59,268 bases of DNA, taken from positions 1 through 59,268 of IMG/VR virus record IMGVR_UViG_3300038456_000415, one strand, 5' to 3'. The notes beneath the pieces were generated by a model. The model was not told the origin of the DNA. It did not search any database and saw only the letters and a program-made list of their open reading frames with translations. The first letter of the stretch is position 1. The number at the start of each line of letters is the position of its first letter. Made by a program: the position numbers and the translations under genes. This DNA is from a virus. Lineage: Duplodnaviria; Caudoviricetes. Shown here piece after piece: positions 29,401-36,940 of this stretch.

Positions 29401-30485
29401 CATGGCTGAAGCACCACTACCCCCTGCAGTGGTGGACGGCCGTGCTCAGGAACGCGGACAAGAACGAGGTCAGCGAGGACTTCTGGCCCTACTGTGGGAA
29501 ACTCGTGCTCATGCCCGACGTGGTCAAGAGCGGACCCCACTTCCAGGTCGAGGGCGACCACATCCGCGCCCCCATTAGCCTCCTCGCGGGCATCGGCGAG
29601 AAGGCGCATGAGCAGCTCCTCGCGGGCTTCCCCTATAAGGACATTGACGACCTCTGCCAGAAGATTCAGGAGCGCAAGAAGACGGCGCGCTCGGCCCTGC
29701 ACCGGGGCGTCATCTACACCCTCATCCAGGGCGGGGCCATGGATAGCCTCTTCCCCGAGGGCGAACCCGTCTTCAACCAGCTGACGCTCTTCGAAATCGC
29801 GCTCGCCAAGGCCACGGGCAAGAAGCTCGTGAAGGTGGACATGAAGAAGTTCGCGGACGTGAGCCAGCTCGTGCGCTACCAGATGCGCAAGGCCGTGCTC
29901 CCCATCTACAGCACCGACCTCATCCCCGTCATCGTGGACATGCGCGTCCAGGGGGTGAGCATAGAGCCACACAAGGACGCCTTCGGGGTCGCGACCCCGC
30001 ACGCGTACACGCACATCCGACGCTCGGACGCGCGCGGCCAGGTCTACGACCAGAAGGTGGTGCTCGTCGACGGCCCCACGTACGGGCTCCTCCGGAAGGA
30101 GGATGGCGCCGAGAAGGGGGAGCTGGTGGCCGTCGTCGGGTACGTGAAATCCGCGAGGAAATTCAGCTATGCCGGCGGTGACCAGGGGTCCAAGCAGGCC
30201 CTCGAGGTGGTCATCGACGTCGGGGGCTTCGACTACAAGCTCGTGCGCTGGCCCGGCCGCGACGGCCGTCTCGCGAGCAAGTACACGGAGCAATCCCTAA
30301 TTGGTGGTATAGTCATTGCCGTGGCTACCAAGTACGACGCCAAGAAGGACTTCGTCGTCGAAGACCTCCGCGTCATCCAGGAGCCCTTCAGTCTCAAATC
30401 CGAGGAATCCCCCGCGGACGAAAAGGAGAAGAACAATGGCCAAGAAGCCCTCGCGCACACAAGACTTGCAGCAACTGCCGGTTGA
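26454..30485 (+). CDS. dnaE: DNA polymerase III alpha subunit (family C)
   Basis: PHP domain (HVH, TDHG, GLE, DDSH), GPGRGSAAG, PDIDQD, LKMDYLG, YQEQ, YGFNKSHA, QLTLF clamp motif, C-terminal OB fold. Confidence 0.95.
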   Translation: MLNFVSPHVHQASFDSGSTPKTFLDRELELGTGALVTTDHGTLQAAREVFDLAKENGLNPIIGLEAFFRDDDCPLLKKGGYIKGTRYRSVKDGSVKDAEKWEKLSDKDKLGYVPETGFFNYFKYAHLTMHFMDAEAYETGVRLLSAADARAEKHGSERKPLFGWKELEELGSKNVTFGSGCLIGMVQRHMLGSGKGFTAGNNAQMALWYYQRLRSIVKPGNFLVEAFPHVCDRNWESKVVIDYQDGTSETFPDWKKVKTNEGELKAEALAEVFNTKGSKHETLFEVMENRAWVVREGKVMKVVRHDQGYVQNECRPWCPSGDVQKDCNRLVMDLAAMHGDPVMVSDDSHYARPDEKVVQNVRLNSNGSWRFYGSHHRQSSEESFAYFRDVMGIPEATFQSWVENSHAWAARFKDFSFNTRLSLPTKFYPGDNFERAMSLIAKHGRMNWGDKGYVDRLGSELQLLHKNGTVDLLPYFFVAEEVCDFFTKKGLLTGPGRGSAAGMLFSYLLSITHVDPLKYGLSQERFLTLDRIKGGKLPDIDQDLQKHQRHLLIDPESGWLKSRFPDHYSQISVDTKLSLRNSVKDVSRFTAKDGRVPAAVEALTKKFAKAPQGIEDYDFVYGYEDADGKRQPGSLEWDKPLMEYARKYPHEWSIVDRCLGMARNKGRHPCAFVITNEPIANFIPMMRVSDIQVTQYTAKSVEAVGGLKMDYLGVNSLDDIANCIKLIRESVSDPKCEHCPSGFCSAHIFNGELHDYYIDGKPVPWFRIVPFKGNFYDIWDLPQDQAVFRDICEGRTETVFQFNTSSAKKWFKEFNHVRFVDADGEVHKALDTDEALAAFTALDRPGPLDYYVGRDANGEGGHNMLVEYARRASGLKPTGNMPILDKLLPETLGIIVYQEQLQRIFQTVGQTTPAQADAFRVHISKKQMEKVYKDKALFMPGAIKAMSEQDASNLWDSMETFGKYGFNKSHAVCYASKTGYACAWLKHHYPLQWWTAVLRNADKNEVSEDFWPYCGKLVLMPDVVKSGPHFQVEGDHIRAPISLLAGIGEKAHEQLLAGFPYKDIDDLCQKIQERKKTARSALHRGVIYTLIQGGAMDSLFPEGEPVFNQLTLFEIALAKATGKKLVKVDMKKFADVSQLVRYQMRKAVLPIYSTDLIPVIVDMRVQGVSIEPHKDAFGVATPHAYTHIRRSDARGQVYDQKVVLVDGPTYGLLRKEDGAEKGELVAVVGYVKSARKFSYAGGDQGSKQALEVVIDVGGFDYKLVRWPGRDGRLASKYTEQSLIGGIVIAVATKYDAKKDFVVEDLRVIQEPFSLKSEESPADEKEKNNGQEALAHTRLAATAG
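30303..30313 (+). promoter_or_regulatory. Internal promoter GGTGGTATAGT
   Basis: Near-consensus within an AT-rich, codon-atypical patch at the dnaE 3' end, upstream of the next gene. Confidence 0.55.
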
Positions 30486-31314
30486 GGATGTCCAGACAGC
30501 CGTAGGACCGGAGGCCGTGGACGAGGTCCTGGCCGCGGGGAACCCCATCGCTGAACTCGTGTACGGCATCAAGGCACGCAAGGCCCTCGTGGCCAAGGAC
30601 CCCGAGGAGTTCCCGCCGCGGACACGCACGGGGCTCGTCTCCGCGCAGGCCGAGGCCCGGGAGGAGCTTCTCGTGGCCGAGCAGAACTACGCCCAGTACG
30701 TCAAGGATGCCGCCGTCGCCGGGGTCATCACCAGCTCCGACCCCAAGCGTGTCCAGGAGTTCCTCGCGCTCGCTCAGGAGGTTTCCGCCCAGCCGCTTGT
30801 GGTCGTGGCCTGCGACGAGATGTACGACCGCCTCGCGACTGCGGGTGAGGTAGGCCTGGGGCCCACGCGCCAGTTCGGGGCCGGGCAGCTCGGCATCATC
30901 CTCGAGGAGTACGCCGCCATCGGCCGGGAGCTGCAGTTCACGAGCCTGGCGTCGCCGCGCTGGAGCTACGACGTCATCGTGCCCACGCACAAGGACTTCG
31001 TGGCCGCCATCCGGACCGCGATACGTGCGGGTGGAGACGGAGATTCCATGAACCGCGCCTTCATCCGCCTGCAGGCGTACCGGAAGGCCCTCGAGGTCGG
31101 CTACTCCACGTCCCTGGTGCCGGTCCTCATCGTGGGCTCCTCGCCCGAGGAGGCCCCCTTCCTGCAGAAGCAGCTCTTCAATGTCTGTGTCACCATCGAC
31201 CTGGAGCCCGGCGAGGCCCCCAGCGCGGAGGTCGTGAAGTCTTTCTTCAAGTCCATGGTCAAGACCGCCAAGCGCTACGACGCCAACCAGGTGCAGGCCT
31301 CGGCTGTGGTATAG
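30436..31314 (+). CDS. Hypothetical protein
   Basis: AAGGAG RBS; codon bias. Confidence 0.75.
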   Translation: MAKKPSRTQDLQQLPVEDVQTAVGPEAVDEVLAAGNPIAELVYGIKARKALVAKDPEEFPPRTRTGLVSAQAEAREELLVAEQNYAQYVKDAAVAGVITSSDPKRVQEFLALAQEVSAQPLVVVACDEMYDRLATAGEVGLGPTRQFGAGQLGIILEEYAAIGRELQFTSLASPRWSYDVIVPTHKDFVAAIRTAIRAGGDGDSMNRAFIRLQAYRKALEVGYSTSLVPVLIVGSSPEEAPFLQKQLFNVCVTIDLEPGEAPSAEVVKSFFKSMVKTAKRYDANQVQASAVV

Positions 31315-31315
31315 T
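31305..31315 (+). promoter_or_regulatory. Promoter TGTGGTATAGT
   Basis: Exact consensus containing the upstream stop codon. Confidence 0.75.
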
Positions 31316-31374
31316 CAACGCATACCCTCACCCCAAACCCACCCCCCAACACACCAACTCAGGAGAACTCCCCC

Positions 31375-32583
31375 ATGGCATTCGTCAAAGCTAACTACAA
31401 CGAGAACACCGGCGGTCGCATCTGGTCCATCAAGGCCGGAGACCGCGGCGAGACCGGACACAACCTCTACCGCGTCCTCCCGCCGTACGGCAAGCAGGCT
31501 GCCAGCCAGAAGTACATCGTCTACGGGGCCCAGCACTTCGGGTACTCCGGGATTGACCCCTTCGAGCCCAATGGCGACCCCAAGGCCCGCCCCTTCAAGT
31601 GCGTCAAGGAGGAGGACTACAAGACGAAGATGGTCACGGTCGAGTGCGCCGAGTGCACGAACCGCGACGCCTACCTCGCCAAGAAGGCGAAGCTCGAGGC
31701 GGAGCTGAAGGTCCAGGGCGCCACCGACGAGCAAATCCGGGCGGACAAGGGCATCGAGCAGCTCAACTCCTGGCTCCGGCAGCACAACATCGACAGCAAG
31801 CACTACATCGCCGTCATGAACGAGAAGCGCGAGTTCGGCGTGCTCAAGGTGCCGACCAAGGCCAAGAAGAAGCTCGTGCAGCTCATCAAGGACCTCAACA
31901 CGAAGGAGAAGCTCGACGCCACCGACGTCGACCAGGGCGTGTGGTTCGACTTCCAGCGCACGGGCGAGGGCTTCACGAACACCGTCTACGACGTCGAACT
32001 GGTCTACGGTGACCAGGTGCTGCCCGACGGCCGGCGCGTGAAGGTGCTCAACACCGTGCCCCTGAGCGTGGAGGAGCAGAACCAGGCCATCAAGGTCCTC
32101 CCCGAGCTTCAGGACATCATCCCCGTCATCAGCGCTGAGCAGATTCAGCAGCTCGTGAACTCCAACGGCGAGCCCGAGGTCGTGGACGCCATCATGAACG
32201 CGGGCCAGAAGAAGGGCACCGCGGAGCGCCTGTCACGCCCCGCCCAGGAGGGTGTCAGCCGACCCACGTTTATCCCTCCGCCTGTGCGGGCGGAGGCTCC
32301 GGCCCCTGTCGCTGTCCAGGCGCCGGCACCGGCACCCGCGGCCGAGACCCAGGAACAGCGGGAGTTCCGCGAGTTCCAGGAGTTCAAGGCCTCGCAGCGC
32401 GCCAAGGCTGTCACCGCTGCCCCGGTCGCGACCGCGGCCGCATCAGCTCCGGCCCCACAGGCAGCTGCTGTCACGCAACCCGTGGGCTTCCGCCCCCCGG
32501 CGGAGACGGGCCCCATGAACGCGGACAGCTTCGCGGCCGCCTGGGGCTTCACAGCCGGCTCCCCAGCCGGGGCAACCAAGTAG
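31375..32583 (+). CDS. Probable single-stranded DNA-binding protein (T4 gp32-like)
   Basis: N.YRVLPP, H, C...CxxC zinc pattern, YIAV, F.RTGEG..T.Y.V; flexible tail; precedes UvsY-like and RecA genes. Confidence 0.7.
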   Translation: MAFVKANYNENTGGRIWSIKAGDRGETGHNLYRVLPPYGKQAASQKYIVYGAQHFGYSGIDPFEPNGDPKARPFKCVKEEDYKTKMVTVECAECTNRDAYLAKKAKLEAELKVQGATDEQIRADKGIEQLNSWLRQHNIDSKHYIAVMNEKREFGVLKVPTKAKKKLVQLIKDLNTKEKLDATDVDQGVWFDFQRTGEGFTNTVYDVELVYGDQVLPDGRRVKVLNTVPLSVEEQNQAIKVLPELQDIIPVISAEQIQQLVNSNGEPEVVDAIMNAGQKKGTAERLSRPAQEGVSRPTFIPPPVRAEAPAPVAVQAPAPAPAAETQEQREFREFQEFKASQRAKAVTAAPVATAAASAPAPQAAAVTQPVGFRPPAETGPMNADSFAAAWGFTAGSPAGATK

Positions 32584-32655
32584 TCCGACGGGCGGGACCG
32601 GCGCGCTCGAGGGCGCAAAATCTCAAGGGCACGCCGGCCCCGGCCGACCACAGCC

Positions 32656-33234
32656 ATGGAAAACGAGAGCTTCATCATCGTCCCTCGGGGTAACCCCGGG
32701 CTGAAGGCGCTGCAGCTGAACATGCAGGACGTCACCGTCGCGGAGCAGCGCATCGGTGAAATCGCGTACATGACGTCGCAGAAGGCCCCCGAACTGTTGT
32801 CCGTCTTCAACAGGGCCTTTCTGGAGCTGACGCGCATGCTCGCGTGGCTGGAGATGGAATCCGGCTCGGCCTCCAGGCATGTGAACCTGAGGAGAAGCGA
32901 GTTGCTCCTGGACATCGCCCCCAGAGTGCTCGCCGACAGAGGGCTGGCGACCAGCAAGGACCTCCGGGACGCGGTCGTGGATTCCGATGTCCAGTACCAG
33001 GAGTGCCTCGAGCGTCAGGGTACCATCAAGGCCTATCAGGAGCTGCTCAAGGGCAAGTCCAAAGCCCTGGAGATGGCGTACACGTCCGTGAAGAAGATAC
33101 TCGGGGAGCGCCCCATGGGTGGCGGTGGTGGTTACAACCCCAACGTCCACACCCCGGAACAGAGGGAATCCCTGGACGAACCCGGCCAGAACGAAAGCCG
33201 GCCCACTAGCGGTTTCACCAAGGCCCGGTACTAG
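32656..33234 (+). CDS. Helical protein, possible UvsY-like recombination mediator
   Basis: Coiled coil with DAVVDSD.QY pattern; located between SSB and RecA. Confidence 0.5.
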   Translation: MENESFIIVPRGNPGLKALQLNMQDVTVAEQRIGEIAYMTSQKAPELLSVFNRAFLELTRMLAWLEMESGSASRHVNLRRSELLLDIAPRVLADRGLATSKDLRDAVVDSDVQYQECLERQGTIKAYQELLKGKSKALEMAYTSVKKILGERPMGGGGGYNPNVHTPEQRESLDEPGQNESRPTSGFTKARY

Positions 33235-33237
33235 GTC

Positions 33238-33248
33238 TGTGGTATATT
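33238..33248 (+). promoter_or_regulatory. Promoter TGTGGTATATT
   Basis: Near-consensus, intergenic, before recA. Confidence 0.7.
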
Positions 33249-33267
33249 TGCCCCAAGGAGAAATACA

Positions 33268-34416
33268 ATGCCCACCGCATCCCCAGCCAAGTCCAAGAAC
33301 CTCTTCGCGAAGCTCCGCGGCCTCGAGGGTGCCGTGAACGAGTACTACAACCCGCATCTGGACGTCATCCGGAGCGCGAGCCCGAGCCTGAACTTCGCCT
33401 TCGGGAACGGGCACGGTCTCCCCGCGGGCTTCTCGCTCCTCCTCTGGGGTCCGCCCAAGGGCGGCAAGTCCCTGGTGACCAACACCATGATTGGCCAGCT
33501 CCAGCAGGACGACCCCGACGCGTACGTGGTGAAGTTCAACACCGAGCGCCGTGAGATTGCGCAGCTGAACCCCCAGCAGATGAAGAGCTGGGGCATTGAC
33601 AAGGACCGGTACCTCGCGTACGAGACGAACACCCCGGACCAGATTTACGACTACATCACCAAGGACATCGCGGCCATGTGCGAGGAGGGTCTCAAGCTCA
33701 AGCTCGTGGTCATCGACAGCATCAACGACATCACCGGCCGGCGCGCCATGAACTCCGACACGGTCATGACCCAGCAGATTGGAGACAAGGCCGCCACCAA
33801 CCAGGACGGCCTGGGCCAGGTTCTCGCGGTGCAGCGCAAGTACCGCTTCGGCCTCATCATCGTCTGCCAGCAGCGTGCCGAGATGGACATGGCCGAGCAG
33901 ATGCGCGGCAACAAGACCAAGGCCGGCGTGGCCTACGCGGTCCACCACCACTGCGAGTACAGCATGCACGTGGAGCGGAACGTCACCAAGGCCGGCCAGA
34001 CCGACCTCGAGGGGAAAACCTTCGAGGACGAGAGCGTGTCGCGCATCATCACCGGCCAGGAGGGCAAGAAGGCCGACGGGGACAAGATTGGTCACAAGAT
34101 TCGCGCCGTCATGAAGGACAGCAGCATGGGTCCCAAGGGGCGTGTCGGCGAGTTCACCATCGAGTACGACAAGGGCATCGTCAATGTCCACGAGGAGGTG
34201 TTCCTCCTGGGCGTGAACCGGAACATCATCGAGCACCCGAATAACGTCATGTACGCCTTCGGGGGCAAGGAGTGGAAGGGGAAGTCGGCAATGCTCGCGG
34301 AGTTGGCCAAGAACATCGAGCTGCAGAACGCCATCCTCAAGGAACTGCGCGCCCGCGACGCCCGCGGGGATTATGCCAGCGAATCCGTGGTGAGCGCCTC
34401 CGAGGAATCTGCGTGA
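33268..34416 (+). CDS. recA: RecA/UvsX recombinase
   Basis: SLNFAFG.G.GLP.G, GPPKGGKS, NTE, VVIDSI, QQR, RecA-type C-terminal domain. Confidence 0.9.
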   Translation: MPTASPAKSKNLFAKLRGLEGAVNEYYNPHLDVIRSASPSLNFAFGNGHGLPAGFSLLLWGPPKGGKSLVTNTMIGQLQQDDPDAYVVKFNTERREIAQLNPQQMKSWGIDKDRYLAYETNTPDQIYDYITKDIAAMCEEGLKLKLVVIDSINDITGRRAMNSDTVMTQQIGDKAATNQDGLGQVLAVQRKYRFGLIIVCQQRAEMDMAEQMRGNKTKAGVAYAVHHHCEYSMHVERNVTKAGQTDLEGKTFEDESVSRIITGQEGKKADGDKIGHKIRAVMKDSSMGPKGRVGEFTIEYDKGIVNVHEEVFLLGVNRNIIEHPNNVMYAFGGKEWKGKSAMLAELAKNIELQNAILKELRARDARGDYASESVVSASEESA

Positions 34417-34655
34417 GCGGCTTGGAGGACAGGGAGTATGCCGCCAAGGCGGAGCGCAACATCCTCGGCCACACTACGGAGTGGCTCCAGTCCGATGAAG
34501 GGAACACCCACGTCTGTTTCTTCTGCGACTTCACGGGCCTGAAGAAGTCGGAAGTGAGCGTGGTCTTCGACGAGCAGGACAAGACCATCTACTGGATTGG
34601 GCCGACGTCGGCCCCGCCGCCAAATGCCAAGACCCACACGACCCTTACGCGTTGA
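34413..34655 (+). CDS. Hypothetical protein
   Basis: GTGA overlap with the recA stop; CFFC. Confidence 0.55.
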   Translation: MSGLEDREYAAKAERNILGHTTEWLQSDEGNTHVCFFCDFTGLKKSEVSVVFDEQDKTIYWIGPTSAPPPNAKTHTTLTR

Positions 34656-35679
34656 GGCGCTCCAGGACCTGATTTCCAACTCGGGCCTGAGCTTCAACGA
34701 CAGGAACACCAAGTCCTGGGTCTTCGACTGCCCAAAATGTGGCAAGAAGGAGAAGCTCTACATCCGGCGCCGGGACGGGCGCTTCGTGTGCTTCTACTGC
34801 CGCGACAAGGAGGGCTTCAGCGGCGCCCCGGAGTTCGCGCTCGCCCTCCTCCTGGACAGGACCGTCGGCGAGGTCACGGACGCCCTCTACGGGCCCGAGT
34901 TCAAGGCCACCCCCAGGATTGAATCCAAGTTCACGTACTCGGTGCGCCTGAACCTCGAACCAGGCTCGGATGACGACGACTTCGGGGCGTCCGATGCCGG
35001 AGAAACCGCGCAGACCTCGCCCAAGGGCCTCCTCTACCCCCTGGAGTACCAGTCCGTGCTCGCCCCCGGTGGGGCCAAGGGCCTGGCCTACCTGGAGGGC
35101 CGCGGCATCACCGCGGAGGTGGCAGCCCGCTACGAGCTGATGTACGACCCCCTGAAGCGCAGGGTGGTCTTCCCAGTGCGCTCCAGGGGCGTCCTGGTGG
35201 GGTGGCAGGCACGCCTGACGGGCCCCCACGAGTGGGTGGACGCCCAGGGCCAGACCAAGAGCATGCCCAAGATTCTGACCACGATGGAGGAGGGCATGCG
35301 CGACTACGTGCTCGGGTTCGAGCACCGCCTCGTGGGGAGCGAGCACGCCGTCCTCACCGAGGGGCCCGTGGACGCGCTCAAGTGCGACCTCTGCGGGGGC
35401 AACGTCTTCAGCATGGGCAAGAGCGTCTCCGAGGGCCAGGTGGAGCGCCTGCGGGCGCACGGCGTCAAGCGCCTCTACCTGGGGCAGGACCCGGACGCGA
35501 GCAAGGAGACCCAGCTCCTGGTGCGCCGCTACAACGACGAGTTCGAGCTATGGTACATGACCCCCGAGGGGACCGGGTACGAGGACTTCGGGGCGATGCC
35601 GGCGGAGTGCGCGCGCGAGTGCTTCCTCGGGGCCGAGAGGGTGCACCCGCGGCGCATCTTCCTCAGCTTCAACCGGTGA
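34624..35679 (+). CDS. dnaG: DNA primase (zinc finger plus TOPRIM)
   Basis: CPKC...CFYC, YLEGRGI, RVVFP, GWQAR, EGPVDA, DPD. Confidence 0.9.
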   Translation: MPRPTRPLRVEALQDLISNSGLSFNDRNTKSWVFDCPKCGKKEKLYIRRRDGRFVCFYCRDKEGFSGAPEFALALLLDRTVGEVTDALYGPEFKATPRIESKFTYSVRLNLEPGSDDDDFGASDAGETAQTSPKGLLYPLEYQSVLAPGGAKGLAYLEGRGITAEVAARYELMYDPLKRRVVFPVRSRGVLVGWQARLTGPHEWVDAQGQTKSMPKILTTMEEGMRDYVLGFEHRLVGSEHAVLTEGPVDALKCDLCGGNVFSMGKSVSEGQVERLRAHGVKRLYLGQDPDASKETQLLVRRYNDEFELWYMTPEGTGYEDFGAMPAECARECFLGAERVHPRRIFLSFNR

Positions 35680-36838
35680 CCGCGGCCGCCCGCCGGCAGA
35701 TGCGGCATCCCCTCTTGTGCTCCTTGAGGTACCGCGCGGACATCTGGCGCGCGTCCAGCTCCAGGGCGGTCTTGGCCTCCGCGGCGGCCTGCAGACGCGC
35801 GAGGAACTCGTCATGAGGGAGTTCCCCGAGACGCTCCTCGAGCCTGTTCTTGTGCAACCTCCGCTCCAGCTCCCTCTCCGAGTACACGAGAGTGCTGCTC
35901 CCGCGCCCATCCGTCCCCAGGTCGAGGTGGGTGACGATGGTGTCCTCAACCTCGGAATGGTGCAGGAGCGGTCCCGAGCCCCCGAGGGGACCCCTCTTCG
36001 TGCCACGTGTCTTGGACACATCGTTTGTCTCGAGGATGCCTCCATTCCCGATGCCCGATGCGTCGTTGCCGTTGCTTTCCCCACTGACGAGCGAGAACAC
36101 GGCCTGCCTCTCCATGAACTTCTGCCTGAGATTCTTGTCCCACAGCTCCCCGAACTGCTGCTGCAGGAACACGTACATGAGCTTCTGGTTCTGGGTCCCG
36201 TCCCCGCGGTGCGGACGCTCGTAGAGGGCCATGTAGGTGGTGGCCCAGACCCAGGCGTAGTTGAGGGCGTCCGCGTACTCGAGGCCGAGCATCTGCAGGG
36301 CCCGCCGGTTGCGGCGACAGAAGACCTTCGAGGCCATGCCCACCACGTTCTCGTACATGGCAATCTGCTCAGCCCCGGGGTTGGGCGCGCGCCTGAACTT
36401 GTCGTGGCGGAAGGCAATCAGGTCATCCCCGTCCCGGTGGCGACGCACGCGCCCCTGCAGGGGCTTTCTGCGTTCCCCCTCGGGGTGCACGCTCGAGGTC
36501 GTGAAGAAGCCCTCCTTGGGCACGCCCCGGTTGAAGGGCAGCAGGGGCTCGTGCACCCCCACGGCCCGGAGCATGCGCCGGAACTCCCCGGCGGTCTCCT
36601 TGGCGTTCCCGTAGAAGATGACGCACCCGTTCACGTTCACGCCCGGGGGCTCCTGGAGGCGCTCGGCACCGTCATCGACGCCCGTGGTGACGTGCACGCA
36701 CGTGGGCGACGCCCCCACCACCAGGTCCGTGGGTGGGGAGATGCCTTCGGAGAATGGGATGTTGTGGAAACGGAGCCAGGAACGAATGAGTGCGAGGGGT
36801 TGAGCGTTGTCGCTCAAGCGCATCTTCTTATTTCCCAT
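35669..36838 (-). CDS. Divergent sigma-region-2-like protein with C-terminal HxxxCxxC
   Basis: YENVVGMASKVF...GLEYADALNYAWVWATTYMALY...LMYVFLQQQF resembles sigma region 2; ends HKRGCRIC; only minus-strand gene in the plus block. Confidence 0.5.
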   Translation of the reverse strand: MGNKKMRLSDNAQPLALIRSWLRFHNIPFSEGISPPTDLVVGASPTCVHVTTGVDDGAERLQEPPGVNVNGCVIFYGNAKETAGEFRRMLRAVGVHEPLLPFNRGVPKEGFFTTSSVHPEGERRKPLQGRVRRHRDGDDLIAFRHDKFRRAPNPGAEQIAMYENVVGMASKVFCRRNRRALQMLGLEYADALNYAWVWATTYMALYERPHRGDGTQNQKLMYVFLQQQFGELWDKNLRQKFMERQAVFSLVSGESNGNDASGIGNGGILETNDVSKTRGTKRGPLGGSGPLLHHSEVEDTIVTHLDLGTDGRGSSTLVYSERELERRLHKNRLEERLGELPHDEFLARLQAAAEAKTALELDARQMSARYLKEHKRGCRICRRAAAVTG

Positions 36839-36865
36839 GTAGTGGACCCGAGGTGTGCCGGAAGT

Positions 36866-36876
36866 TGAGGTATAGT
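36866..36876 (+). promoter_or_regulatory. Promoter TGAGGTATAGT (for dnaB)
   Basis: Same variant as the one before dnaE. Confidence 0.7.
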
Positions 36877-36894
36877 GCTGGCACAGGCTCTCTC

Positions 36895-36923
36895 AGGTTA
36901 CGAATACCCCCCTACTCTGTCAA
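36895..36923 (-). promoter_or_regulatory. Host sigma-70-type promoter TTGACA-N17-TAACCT
   Basis: Perfect -35, 17-nt spacer, TAnnnT; points at ORF 36838. Confidence 0.7.
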
Positions 36924-36940
36924 CAGGAGACCTCCACGAG

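Noticed and set aside
26607-30293. 1228-aa antisense ORF (also 1180-3354+, 13450-15630-, 20767-22407-, 32623-34236-, 56167-58047+)
   Set aside because: Shadow frames of real genes caused by strong GC3 bias; no recognisable motifs or RBS
12700-33601. Other TTGACA hexamers (12700, 19393, 26494, 33596)
   Set aside because: No TAnnnT at 17-nt spacing
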